In this document: piece by piece, positions 1-8,989 of the stretch
How the letters are laid out: each line of letters begins with the position of its first letter
How positions within the stretch are numbered: position 1 is the stretch's first letter
Assembly: GCA_050287085.1 (NCBI GenBank)
Contig: JBNKBE010000015.1
Location: 96,001-160,000 of the forward strand
DNA: 64,000 nt
Direction of reading: 5' to 3'
DNA from: Polyangiaceae bacterium
GTDB lineage: Bacteria; Myxococcota_A; Polyangia; Polyangiales; Polyangiaceae
The notes under the pieces: model-generated
Told to the model about the DNA's origin: nothing
What the model saw: only the letters and a program-made list of their open reading frames with translations
The model's database searches: none
Position numbers and translations under genes: made by a program

Positions 1-39
1 TGGGTTCCACGACCGCAGCTTTCGTGTCAAGACGGAGCC

Positions 40-390
40 ATGCAGTTGATTGTTTCCTGGCTGACCCTTTCGCTGGGCCTATGGGCCTCGCACAAGCTCA
101 TCTCCGGATTTCGTATTGATGGCGACTGGCCAAGCTTCTTGCTCATCGGAGCTCTCGTGAAGTTGCTGCACTTCTTTTTCGGCTGGCTGCTATTCTTCAT
201 CTTCGGCATCGCAACGCTGGGTATCGGTTTCATTCTAGGCTTCTTGACGCGGCTCCTCGCAACCGCGGTCGTGTTGAAGCTAGCAGACCGCATGAGCGAT
301 CGTTTTCGGATCAAAGGCTTTACCCCGGCTTTGCTGTCCGCGGCTGTGCTTGCGGTCGTGAGCGCCGCGTCCGACCTCATCATGCGTTGA
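40..390 (+). CDS. YvlD-like / 4-TM phage holin superfamily IV membrane protein
   Basis: 116 aa, four hydrophobic segments, 'TLGIGF' and 'FRIKGFTPALLSA' patterns typical of the YvlD family; GGAG RBS upstream. Confidence 0.7.
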   Translation: MQLIVSWLTLSLGLWASHKLISGFRIDGDWPSFLLIGALVKLLHFFFGWLLFFIFGIATLGIGFILGFLTRLLATAVVLKLADRMSDRFRIKGFTPALLSAAVLAVVSAASDLIMR

Positions 391-1187
391 CTCGGACGGG
401 GCGTCGAACCACTGGCCACGAGACGCGACTTTCCTCGCAGCGTAAAAACGGGCATGTTGTGCTCGTGTCGGAAGCACTGGACCAAGAACTCACGAAGTTG
501 GCTGCAGAGGGTCTCAACTGGCTAGCCTTCGTGCCGAGCGAGTTAGGGCCCACGCCCGCAGGCTGCCAGGCAAACGCAGACAACGGCCTACTGCTCTTGC
601 TTTCGCTGGGACCTGTCTTCGGCCGTCAGACTGCGTTCCGCGGCGGCACTGAGAACCCTTTCGACCAGCGCGCGCGGAGCTTGACGCAAGACTTCGTTGC
701 GAGGCACTTGACCCCACACGACCCGGCTGTCGAACTGCTCTATCCCGGACCCGCGCAGCTGGATCTGCGCGCGTGGCTGCAAGCGGGCGCCGTACAGTTC
801 CCGTCTCGACTGGGCATTGGGATTCGCCCCGACTGTGGAACCTGGCTTGCGGTGCGCTCGGCAGTATGGGTGACGCCCCCGGTTGAACTCCGTCGCTTGT
901 TGATCAGGCGCTATCCGCCACTGAAGGGTGAGTCGCCCTGCGATAGCTGCACAGAGAAGCCGTGTTTGGACGCCTGCCCAGTGGACGCACAGCGTCTCGA
1001 AACGGGCCGGCTCGAGCGCTGCATCGAGCAGCGCTTGGTAGAGGCTACCCCCTGTGCGGAGCGCTGCGGGTCCCGGAGCGCATGTCCGGTTGGAACGGAG
1101 TATCGCTACGGCGAAGCCCAGATGCGCTACCACTATGGCGTTTCGCTGCGCGTTATCCGTGAATGGAAAGCATCGTCACGGGGCTGA
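387..1187 (+). CDS. 4Fe-4S dicluster protein, QueG/CblC-like fold
   Basis: CDSCTEKPCLDACP and CAERCGSRSACP Cys motifs; 'LGIGIRPDCGTWLAVR' resembles the cobalamin-binding region of QueG/MMACHC; start uncertain. Confidence 0.6.
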   Translation: MTRTGRRTTGHETRLSSQRKNGHVVLVSEALDQELTKLAAEGLNWLAFVPSELGPTPAGCQANADNGLLLLLSLGPVFGRQTAFRGGTENPFDQRARSLTQDFVARHLTPHDPAVELLYPGPAQLDLRAWLQAGAVQFPSRLGIGIRPDCGTWLAVRSAVWVTPPVELRRLLIRRYPPLKGESPCDSCTEKPCLDACPVDAQRLETGRLERCIEQRLVEATPCAERCGSRSACPVGTEYRYGEAQMRYHYGVSLRVIREWKASSRG

Positions 1188-1588
1188 GGAGGGCGCCCAC
1201 CGCGCGAGTACTACTCGCTGCCGCCAGCCTACCCGCAAGACGTGGTGGGACGGCAGGGCTGAGTAGCCCACCAGCACCGGTGTCTGACGCCCAGTCTTCA
1301 TGGGATGCGGCCTACCGATACCGAGCTCAGCCTTGATCTATGCTTGATAATGCAACTACATTGGTTGCTTGAAGAGGCACAGTCGAGCGAGGCACTCATC
1401 CGGGAATGGCTCAAAGGAGCGGCACTGGTTCACCCGGCGCCGTCGTCCGGCATCGTCAGGCCATCCCCGTACCTTCGTCTCTGGCGTTGATGTGGTGATT
1501 CGAGCCATCAGGACTTGGTCACCTGCAGCGGGTTTTCGGCCATCGCAACCCGGGTGTGTAGGTACTTCGGCGGAGATTGAAAAACCGG

Positions 1589-3004
1589 ATGAATAACAAG
1601 ACCACGAACCATGCGACCAGCGGCACGCAGAACGGCAAACTGAGCTACGCGGAACGCGCAGCTTACTCCGCCGGCGACTTTGCATCCAACTTCTATTGGA
1701 AGCTCATCGACTACTACTTGCTCATCTTCTACACAGATGTCTTCGGCATCTCAGGTATGGCCGCTGGCACCATGCTGCTTGTCACCAAGACCTGGGACGC
1801 CATCAACGACCCGTTGATGGGTCTCATTGCAGATCGAACCCAGACCCGTTGGGGCAAGTTTCGTCCCTATTTGCTGTGGGGTGCTATTCCGTTGGGGGCA
1901 GCCGGCGTTCTCACCTTCACCACCCCGGACCTGAGCGACAACGGCAAACTCGTTTGGGCCTACGTTACATACACCCTCATGATGACGGCGTACACGTTCG
2001 TTAATCTCCCCTACTCTAGCCTGCTCGGGGTCATCACACCCAATACACAAGAGCGAACGACTCTCGCGAGCTGGCGCTTCATCGGCGCGTTCAGCGGTGG
2101 CATTCTAACGACTCAATTCACTCTGAAGTTGGTTGAGTACTTTGGGTCCAGCAGCCCCCAACTGGGCTGGCAACTCACCGCGCTCTTCTGGGCGGTGTGC
2201 GCAGCGCTACTGTTCATCTGGAGCTTCCTCGGCACGCGGGAGCGAGTGAGCCCCCCTGCAACACAACAACCTGACTTCAAGCGGGACGTCAAAGACCTTC
2301 TGCGAAACAAGCCCTGGGTCGTCCTCGCTGCTCTGGCGATACTAGTCATGCTCAACATGTCGATTCGCGCTCAGATCACCGCCTACTACATGAAGTACTA
2401 CGCCAACGCAGAGGAATTGATTGGGCCTTTCATCTCTAGCAGTCTGGTTGCATCCCTGCTTGGCGCGGCCAGCACGCCGTTTTGGACAAAGCTCTGGGGC
2501 AAGAAGAAGCTCTTCCTCATTCTAATGGCTCTGCTGACGGCCCTATCAATGTCATTCTTCATCATTCCTCGCGACGCGATTTGGGCGATGTTTGCCGTGA
2601 ATCTGATGATCAACTTTGTCATGGGTCCCAAGGCGCCGTTGGTCTTTGCGATGTACGCCGACGCGGCCGACTACGGCGAATGGAAGTTCGGACGACGAGC
2701 AACCGGCTTCGTATTCGCCGCTGCTTCATTTGCCCAGAAGTTCGGCGGCGCGCTGGCCGGCTACTGCATTGGGTTGATGTTCGCCTCCATGGGGTACGAA
2801 GCCAACGTCCCCCAGACCGAAGACTCGCTGCTCGGGATATTGCTCTTGATGAGCGTCATTCCGTCGCTGTTCTCGTTCATCGCGCTATTCGTGGTAACCC
2901 GCTATCCGCTCAGCGACCGAGAGCTGCTCCAAGTAGGCCATGACCTGGCCACAAGACACGAGGCCGCAAGACACGAGGCCCCCAGCGCGACGACCGTCGA
3001 ATGA
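1589..3004 (+). CDS. Glycoside-pentoside-hexuronide (GPH, MelB/XynT-like) cation symporter
   Basis: WDAINDPLMG...DRTQTRWGKFRPY signature, ~12 TM segments, 'DAADYGEWKFGRR'. Confidence 0.92.
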   Translation: MNNKTTNHATSGTQNGKLSYAERAAYSAGDFASNFYWKLIDYYLLIFYTDVFGISGMAAGTMLLVTKTWDAINDPLMGLIADRTQTRWGKFRPYLLWGAIPLGAAGVLTFTTPDLSDNGKLVWAYVTYTLMMTAYTFVNLPYSSLLGVITPNTQERTTLASWRFIGAFSGGILTTQFTLKLVEYFGSSSPQLGWQLTALFWAVCAALLFIWSFLGTRERVSPPATQQPDFKRDVKDLLRNKPWVVLAALAILVMLNMSIRAQITAYYMKYYANAEELIGPFISSSLVASLLGAASTPFWTKLWGKKKLFLILMALLTALSMSFFIIPRDAIWAMFAVNLMINFVMGPKAPLVFAMYADAADYGEWKFGRRATGFVFAAASFAQKFGGALAGYCIGLMFASMGYEANVPQTEDSLLGILLLMSVIPSLFSFIALFVVTRYPLSDRELLQVGHDLATRHEAARHEAPSATTVE

Positions 3005-3012
3005 AACGCGAC

Positions 3013-3042
3013 CAGGAGGGGCCCGAACAGCGGCCCCTCCTG
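3013..3042. terminator. GC-rich hairpin between convergent genes (terminator or REP-like)
   Basis: Perfect 11-bp inverted repeat caggaggggcc / ggcccctcctg with an 8-nt loop just after the transporter stop; no U-tract. Confidence 0.5.
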
Positions 3043-3101
3043 ACGTCGCTACGCGACCGCCCCCGCCCAGGGGGCGCGGGCTGCGGCAGACTCTCGCTCG
3101 C

Positions 3102-3761
3102 TCAACTCCAGGTGCCTTCCATCACGACCGCGTCCCCTTCGTCATCCCCACCTGAGATGATGCGACACCTCGGATTCTTCACGCCGCTCAGCTGGATCAT
3201 TCGTTCCGTCGCGCCCAGCAGATCGAGATACATCAGATGATCGAAGCCGCGACAGTCACGCACGGAAACCCGGAGAAGCCCTTTGGATTCAGCTTCTACA
3301 ATCAGTCGTCCGTGCGCGTAGTAGCGCGGAAACAGCAACTTGAAGAACGCGACCAGCGTGCCAGGAGTCATGAGTTTAAATAAGGTTCGGTAGACGCCAT
3401 TGAGATCGAGCTCGATCCCACGGCGGCCTAGCTCGCGTGCCATGCCCTTGCGTCCCCCCTCACCGGCGACCACGGCAGCCAGCAGCTCGCGGTACCAACC
3501 GATCGGATACCAGCCGCCGGCGACGACCCGATGATATCGCAGCGCGTCTTGTACCTCCCCGCTACAGCGTTCAATGGCCCGTCCCAATGCGTCTTCTCCC
3601 CGCAGGTCGACGAAGGCTCGCATGGTGGCTCGGAACGCGACTCCCTTGACCTTGTTGTCTAGTGCGGTGCCCGCACGAGGTCTCTCACCAGCGACGGCCG
3701 CCTCCACGACCCGCGCTTCCTCATCGCCCTGTAGACGCGAATTTCCAGATTCATGGTCCAT
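3102..3761 (-). CDS. Conserved myxobacterial hypothetical protein (DUF2378/V4R-like)
   Basis: 'KVKGVAF', 'GGWYPIGWY', 'FPRYYAHG' and C-terminal 'GTWS' pattern; start uncertain (3761 or 3815). Confidence 0.55.
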   Translation of the reverse strand: MDHESGNSRLQGDEEARVVEAAVAGERPRAGTALDNKVKGVAFRATMRAFVDLRGEDALGRAIERCSGEVQDALRYHRVVAGGWYPIGWYRELLAAVVAGEGGRKGMARELGRRGIELDLNGVYRTLFKLMTPGTLVAFFKLLFPRYYAHGRLIVEAESKGLLRVSVRDCRGFDHLMYLDLLGATERMIQLSGVKNPRCRIISGGDDEGDAVVMEGTWS

Positions 3762-4185
3762 ACTTGGAACGACCCACCAAAACACCCCCACGTCTGCAAC
3801 CGAAGAGCGCGCCACGCGGGGCTCGCGACCTTCCGCTTGAACTCGTGCTCTTCAACCGTCGCGATGACCTTCCTCAAAGGTACCAGCAGCGTTGACCTTC
3901 GCCAGTGGTCAGGGCAAGCCAACGGGCTGTAGCGCACGGGATGACCTACGTGCTCGGCGTGTAACCCCCACGTAGGCATCGCCGGACCGCATCAGCTCAT
4001 GAACGTCCCGAATTGCGACTCCTACTGACCCGTGAAAGCACAGCTCCGCTCCCTCGCGCGGGAAGCCGGCAGATACCGCATGATAGATGCCCCCTCGCGT
4101 AGAAATTGCGCAAAAGGCTAACCTTGTGGCGTCACTGACGCCTTGAACCCTTCAAGTTTTCTCGGCTCGCTACCTGACTGATTTG

Positions 4186-4201
4186 CGGCACACAAGTTGC
4201 A
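4186..4201 (+). promoter_or_regulatory. Sigma-54 (-24/-12) promoter
   Basis: cGGCACacaagTTGCa with exact GG-N10-GC spacing, ~110 nt upstream of the DUF2934 gene. Confidence 0.6.
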
Positions 4202-4309
4202 CTGGGTCGTGCGTGGGGACAATGCCGGGGCAATTCACCTTGCCCCGCCCGGGGCGGTTCCCCATCGCGAGCGGTGCTCAACTTGTTCCGGGAGAATAGG
4301 AGTTTAGCC

Positions 4310-4528
4310 ATGGCCCACATTCACTACCCTTCTGAAGCACAAGTGAGAGCGCTTGCCTACGAGCTATGGGTCTGTCGCGGTCGACCCGCGGGGGACGCAG
4401 AGGTCGATTGGTTCAACGCTCAAGCTCAACTGACTGCGGAGCTGGCTCTCCGCGCCGCGTGCGAAAACCTTCACCCCCCCGTCAGCCGACTCAGAAGGCC
4501 TACCAGCTACCATCCGTCAGCCAAGTAG
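4310..4528 (+). CDS. DUF2934 domain small protein
   Basis: 'VRALAYELWVCRGRPAGDAEVDWFNAQAQL' matches the family pattern; AGGAG RBS at 4298-4302. Confidence 0.85.
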   Translation: MAHIHYPSEAQVRALAYELWVCRGRPAGDAEVDWFNAQAQLTAELALRAACENLHPPVSRLRRPTSYHPSAK

Positions 4529-4663
4529 GTGCTTCCGCGCTACGTCCCCAGCTGGGCAGCTCGCAGCGAGAAAGCGATACACTTGCTGCACGCAACAGGG
4601 TCCCTCGGTGTTGAAGCCGCCGTCGAGCCGTGACACCCAGGTCCCCGCGAGCTACCATGGTGG

Positions 4664-6070
4664 TTGATGCAGTTTGCGCAGGCTTTCGTCTCCGTAGCCG
4701 TTCTTTGTACGGTCGTTGGGTGTTCCGATCCGGATGACGAAGGCCCCCCCCTCGGCGGCGGAGGGGAGGCAACGTCTGACGGAGGACAAGCGGGCGGAGA
4801 CGAGGCACCGACTGCCGGAGGACAAGCACCCACTGCCGGAGGACAGGCACCGACTGCCGGGGGACAGGCACCGACTGCCGGAGGACAAGCAGGCGGAGGG
4901 CCGGCGCCGAGCGCCGGAGGCGCCGGCCCTCTAGAAACGGGGGGCACTGGCCCGACTGACGAGCCCAACCCCACGGCGGCCGGCGCGGGAGGCTCCGGCG
5001 GCGCCCCGTCGGACGACGAGGGCCAGCAGGACGAAGACGCAAACTCAGCGGGTCGTAGCCTACCAACCCCGGATTGTCCGCAACCTGCTGAGCTTGGCGT
5101 ACACATTGTCGGACGCCACGACGGATGCCAGGCGGGAGCAGTCCGCTACTCGTGGTCGGGCTCTGGGTTTGTTGCGCGCTTTGAAGGAACCGGCTTGCGC
5201 TTCACGCAGAGCGGCAACTCGGTGGAATACACGGTGATCGTTGATGGCACTCAACAGCCCAAGTTGCTCACCACCAGCGGCGAAGGAACCTACGCAGTCG
5301 CGAGCGAGCTGTCCCCTGGTGAGCACACGGTCGAGGTCTATCGCCGCGGGGAGGCCTCTTTTGGAGCCAGCGTGCTGCTCTCCGTGGAGGCGATCGAGGG
5401 TCAGTTGCTGACGCCCCCACCCGCTCCCGAACGACGCATCGAGATCTTTGGCGATTCCATCACCTGCGGCTATGGCAATGAAGGCATTGACGCCAGCTGC
5501 AGCTTTACGGCCGATACGGAGAACCACTACTTGACCTATGGAGCCATACTCGCGCGCCATTTCGAGGCGGAGCTTTCGACCGTCGCGTGGTCCGGCAAGG
5601 GTGCAGTCGTGAACTACAACGGCGACATGGGTACAACTCTGACAGATATGGTCGACCGCGCTGAGCCTAATTCCGCATCGAGCGTCTGGGACTATCGCCT
5701 CGCGCAGCCCGCCGATCTCGTCATTGTCAACTTGGGCACCAACGACTACAGCACCGATCACGATCCAAGCTCGGCCGAATTTCAATCAGGCTACGAACAG
5801 TTGCTGTCGACCCTGCGCGCCCGCTATCCGGATGCGTATATTCTGTGCACGCTTGGGCCACTTCTGGGTGGGAGCGATTTGGATACAGCCCGAGCAAACA
5901 TTGCTGCCGCAGTCGCCGCCCGCAACGACGCCGGGGACGCACGGGTTCAGACCTACGAGCTGGCGCCGAACAACCCGGACCCAGGCTGCGATTGGCATCC
6001 AAGCCTCGCCACGCACGAAGCAATGGCAGACGAATTGAAACCGGTAGTAGCGACGGCCCTGGGCTGGTAG
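4664..6070 (+). CDS. SGNH/GDSL carbohydrate esterase (CE2-like acetylxylan esterase) lipoprotein
   Basis: Lipobox VVGC, Gly/Pro linker, GDSITCGYG, AWSGKG, NLGTND, CDWHPS. Confidence 0.88.
   Translation: MMQFAQAFVSVAVLCTVVGCSDPDDEGPPLGGGGEATSDGGQAGGDEAPTAGGQAPTAGGQAPTAGGQAPTAGGQAGGGPAPSAGGAGPLETGGTGPTDEPNPTAAGAGGSGGAPSDDEGQQDEDANSAGRSLPTPDCPQPAELGVHIVGRHDGCQAGAVRYSWSGSGFVARFEGTGLRFTQSGNSVEYTVIVDGTQQPKLLTTSGEGTYAVASELSPGEHTVEVYRRGEASFGASVLLSVEAIEGQLLTPPPAPERRIEIFGDSITCGYGNEGIDASCSFTADTENHYLTYGAILARHFEAELSTVAWSGKGAVVNYNGDMGTTLTDMVDRAEPNSASSVWDYRLAQPADLVIVNLGTNDYSTDHDPSSAEFQSGYEQLLSTLRARYPDAYILCTLGPLLGGSDLDTARANIAAAVAARNDAGDARVQTYELAPNNPDPGCDWHPSLATHEAMADELKPVVATALGW
4805..4888 (+). repeat. In-frame 21-bp tandem repeat x4 (APTAGGQ)
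   Basis: Unit gcaccgactgccggaggacaa, four near-identical copies. Confidence 0.9.
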
Positions 6071-6095
6071 TAGGCGCCCACGCAAGGGCCTTTTC

Positions 6096-7805
6096 TCAGA
6101 ACCAACGCAGCTCAAACGGTACTCTGGCCCACACCCTTTCGTGGCCGAAAGCCAGGGTGTCACTGAGCAATCCGGGCAAGCTCTCATGCACTTGTTCGCT
6201 CAAGTGACCAGCCACGTCGAATCTTGCTCGCAACGCGCGCCAGAAGCCGGGACGGTCGGCTATCAGCAACTGAATGGGGGCATCAACGGCCAGCCCAAGG
6301 CTCCCTCGGACTTCACCCAATGCGGCACCCAGTCCACCGAGTTCATCAACCAGTGCATGGCCCTGCGCTTGCGCCCCAGTCCAGACGCGCCCCTGCGCCA
6401 CAGCATCGATCTGCTCAACGGTCCGGCCCCGCGCCTGCGCCATCTTTTCTACGAATTCATCATAGTGGGCGTCGATCTCTTGCTCCAGTTTCTCGAGCTC
6501 GTCCGTACTCCAACTTGATGCAGGTCGGTGAAAATCGGCGAATCTCCCCTGCTTGACCACGGCCCGCTGGATGCCCAGCTTCTCGTACAATCCGGCCACC
6601 TCGATCTTGCCCCCCACAACTCCGATGGACCCCGTCAGCGTCGGAGAATTGGCGAAGATGCGAGCGCCTTGCACGCCACTGACGTAGTAGCCCCCCGAAG
6701 CCGCAACATCCACCATGCTGACGACCAAAGGGCGGTGCTTCTTGGCTTGCGCTATCGCGTGCCACATCAGATCGCTGGCCAGTACGCTGCCCCCTGGGGA
6801 GTTCACCCGCAACACTATGGCTTCGACCCGCGGGTTGTCCGCGATGGCCTTCAGGCTACGGACAAAGCGACGACTTCCGGTTGCTCTACGCCCACGCGGA
6901 CCGAACCCATCCTCACCGGTGCGGATGCTACCGTCAACGCACACCAGCGCAACCACAGGCCCGCGCGTTGGCAACCAACGCCTCGAGCGCCGTTCCAAGT
7001 AGCGGCGCAAGCCCAGCATGCGCGAAGGCTTGTGTTCGTCAATCCCCTTTCGGAGTTCGTCGTAATACCCCAATTCGTCAACGAGGCCGCAACCTTTGGC
7101 AACACTCGAGCGAAATGGCCCACTATCAAGAGCCGTTCGCACTTGAGCGGGCTCAATGCCTCGCCCCTCGGCGACACGCTCAACGAGCTGTTCGTATAGG
7201 TCCGCGGTGAGGCTCTCAAGCATCTCACGATTGGCATCGCTCATCTGCTCGGCGGCAAACGCCTCACGCATGCTCTTATAACGTCCGCGCGCCGCCAGCT
7301 GCGCCCGCACGCCCGCCTTGTCCAGTAGCCCCTTGAACAGCGTAAACTCACTTGCAATGCCCGCTACATCAAGGGCTCCGGCGGGACTGAGCACCACACG
7401 ACTGGCACAGGACGAAAGCCAGTAGCTCACCAGGTTGAGACTGTCAGCGTGCACGACAACCTCTTTGCCCGCGGCACGAAGCGCAGCTAGGCCTTGGCGC
7501 AGCTCCTCGGCCTTGCCGAGGCCGAATTGGGGCTCGTCGATCCGAATCAGCACGGTGCGTAACTTCGGATCCCTGCGCGCATGCTCCAAAGCGAGTAGCA
7601 GGGGCAGGAACGGGAGCTGTGGACTCGCAAACACCCCGCGCGACGAAGACACGTCGGGCAGCGAGCCCGCCACCTTCAGTTCGAGTGCAGTCGCGGGTCG
7701 GTAGCGATCTCGTGCCGCCCCATACAATAGAAACGGGAAGCGGAGAGGGAGAAGAAGCAACCAGACCAGCCAGCGGAGTATCACCCAGCTGACATAGGGC
7801 AACAC
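6096..7805 (-). CDS. sppA: Signal peptide peptidase SppA (protease IV, S49, 67K type)
   Basis: GRYKS, LRVNSPGGS, AASGGYY, TGSIGV, AQGRVWTG; N-terminal TM segment. Confidence 0.9.
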   Translation of the reverse strand: MLPYVSWVILRWLVWLLLLPLRFPFLLYGAARDRYRPATALELKVAGSLPDVSSSRGVFASPQLPFLPLLLALEHARRDPKLRTVLIRIDEPQFGLGKAEELRQGLAALRAAGKEVVVHADSLNLVSYWLSSCASRVVLSPAGALDVAGIASEFTLFKGLLDKAGVRAQLAARGRYKSMREAFAAEQMSDANREMLESLTADLYEQLVERVAEGRGIEPAQVRTALDSGPFRSSVAKGCGLVDELGYYDELRKGIDEHKPSRMLGLRRYLERRSRRWLPTRGPVVALVCVDGSIRTGEDGFGPRGRRATGSRRFVRSLKAIADNPRVEAIVLRVNSPGGSVLASDLMWHAIAQAKKHRPLVVSMVDVAASGGYYVSGVQGARIFANSPTLTGSIGVVGGKIEVAGLYEKLGIQRAVVKQGRFADFHRPASSWSTDELEKLEQEIDAHYDEFVEKMAQARGRTVEQIDAVAQGRVWTGAQAQGHALVDELGGLGAALGEVRGSLGLAVDAPIQLLIADRPGFWRALRARFDVAGHLSEQVHESLPGLLSDTLAFGHERVWARVPFELRWF

Positions 7806-7987
7806 CGTCTCATTTCAAAGCACTCATGATCCTGCGGCTGGCCGAGCGCGGACTCGCTGCGCGGGCAGCTCTGCTTGATCGAAGAGAGCATCGTCGAATT
7901 GGAGAGCCAGGTGCAATCCACAAGGCGGCTTCCATACGCCGCCGAGCTTCACATCAACCAGACCGCCACGCCCCATCCGCCTTCGCC

Positions 7988-8989
7988 TCAATGCGCTACA
8001 ACGGAGTCCGGGTAGTGAATCTCGCGAGCCAGCCTGCAACTGGTCAAGTCGCGAGCGTGTCGGTGGCGGCGACTCTCACTGATCCAGGCGGGATCCACCA
8101 GTCTTCGTACGCTCAGCAGCACAGCTGCCTTCTTCATATCGATAACGAAAACGCGCACGAAGTGGCGATTCGTTCCGTCGAACTCACTGGGGCCGTCCCC
8201 GAGTTTCGGCTCGTCGAGAGCCAAGATGAATAGATCAGCCAGGGCGGCTCTGCGGGCGTCCGCCAGCGGCGCCGCCTCCACCATTCGTCTCAATTCCCGG
8301 ACGTCGTCGATGAACTCAGCCCGCTCAACACGCTCTTGCCACGAGGGCGCCAGGAGCGGCAAGCCTACGAGGCCGGTAAGAAGACGCTGGACATGCGCCG
8401 CTCGCTCTCCCGCAATGCCTCCGCTCAGTTTCGGCAGCATGGCGCTTTCCGTAGCCTCCGCGGGTGGACTGAGAAGACAGAATAGAAGGGCGTCTTTGCG
8501 CGATTCGGAAGCAACGCGCCGCAGCGAGCGCTCATCTTGAAGGTCGATCAGAGGGCCGCGGAGATAGACAGCGTCTTGGCTGAGCAGCTCCGCCAAGACG
8601 TCCGAACGTCCTGACTCCGTGGGACGCTCGTCGCCTAGGTATTCAGCCGTTGCAGTCCTTATCCATGGCCGTACGCGGCTCTCTAGCTGGAAGGCCGTCG
8701 GGGAAAGATCCCTCCGTGCCGCACGCAGCTCTCGGCTCAGCCCCCGCTTCGCCTGCGTGAGTTCATCTTGAACATGGTGCTGCATCCACGACCAGGCAGC
8801 TACGCTACCCAGGATCCCCGCCAAAGCGGCGAAGCGAAGCAGGGCAATGGCCCTGGGGCCCACACGCGCATGGCCGGCGGGCACTCCCAAACTGCGAAGC
8901 ACCCGGCTACGCAGCTCTGGGGACATCTTGTCGTTGAGGAGCCACGACGGCACGTTACGCCGCTCCGCCACTTCGAGTGTTACGCTCAA
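7988..8989 (-). CDS. Hypothetical single-TM membrane protein
   Basis: 333-aa ORF with one hydrophobic segment then coiled-coil-like sequence; overlaps the end of the upstream gene. Confidence 0.6.
   Translation of the reverse strand: MSVTLEVAERRNVPSWLLNDKMSPELRSRVLRSLGVPAGHARVGPRAIALLRFAALAGILGSVAAWSWMQHHVQDELTQAKRGLSRELRAARRDLSPTAFQLESRVRPWIRTATAEYLGDERPTESGRSDVLAELLSQDAVYLRGPLIDLQDERSLRRVASESRKDALLFCLLSPPAEATESAMLPKLSGGIAGERAAHVQRLLTGLVGLPLLAPSWQERVERAEFIDDVRELRRMVEAAPLADARRAALADLFILALDEPKLGDGPSEFDGTNRHFVRVFVIDMKKAAVLLSVRRLVDPAWISESRRHRHARDLTSCRLAREIHYPDSVVAH

Noticed and set aside
40..390. Holin-family gene as evidence of a prophage
   Set aside because: No endolysin, integrase or structural genes nearby; YvlD-like genes are commonly chromosomal
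1305..1490. 61-aa ORF upstream of the transporter
   Set aside because: No recognisable motif or clear RBS; cannot support it, though a real small gene is not excluded
2950..2980. 15-bp duplication (RHEA x2) at the transporter C-terminus
   Set aside because: Minor in-frame slippage in a disordered tail
7826..8233. 135-aa plus-strand ORF
   Set aside because: Overlaps the better-supported minus-strand gene; no motif
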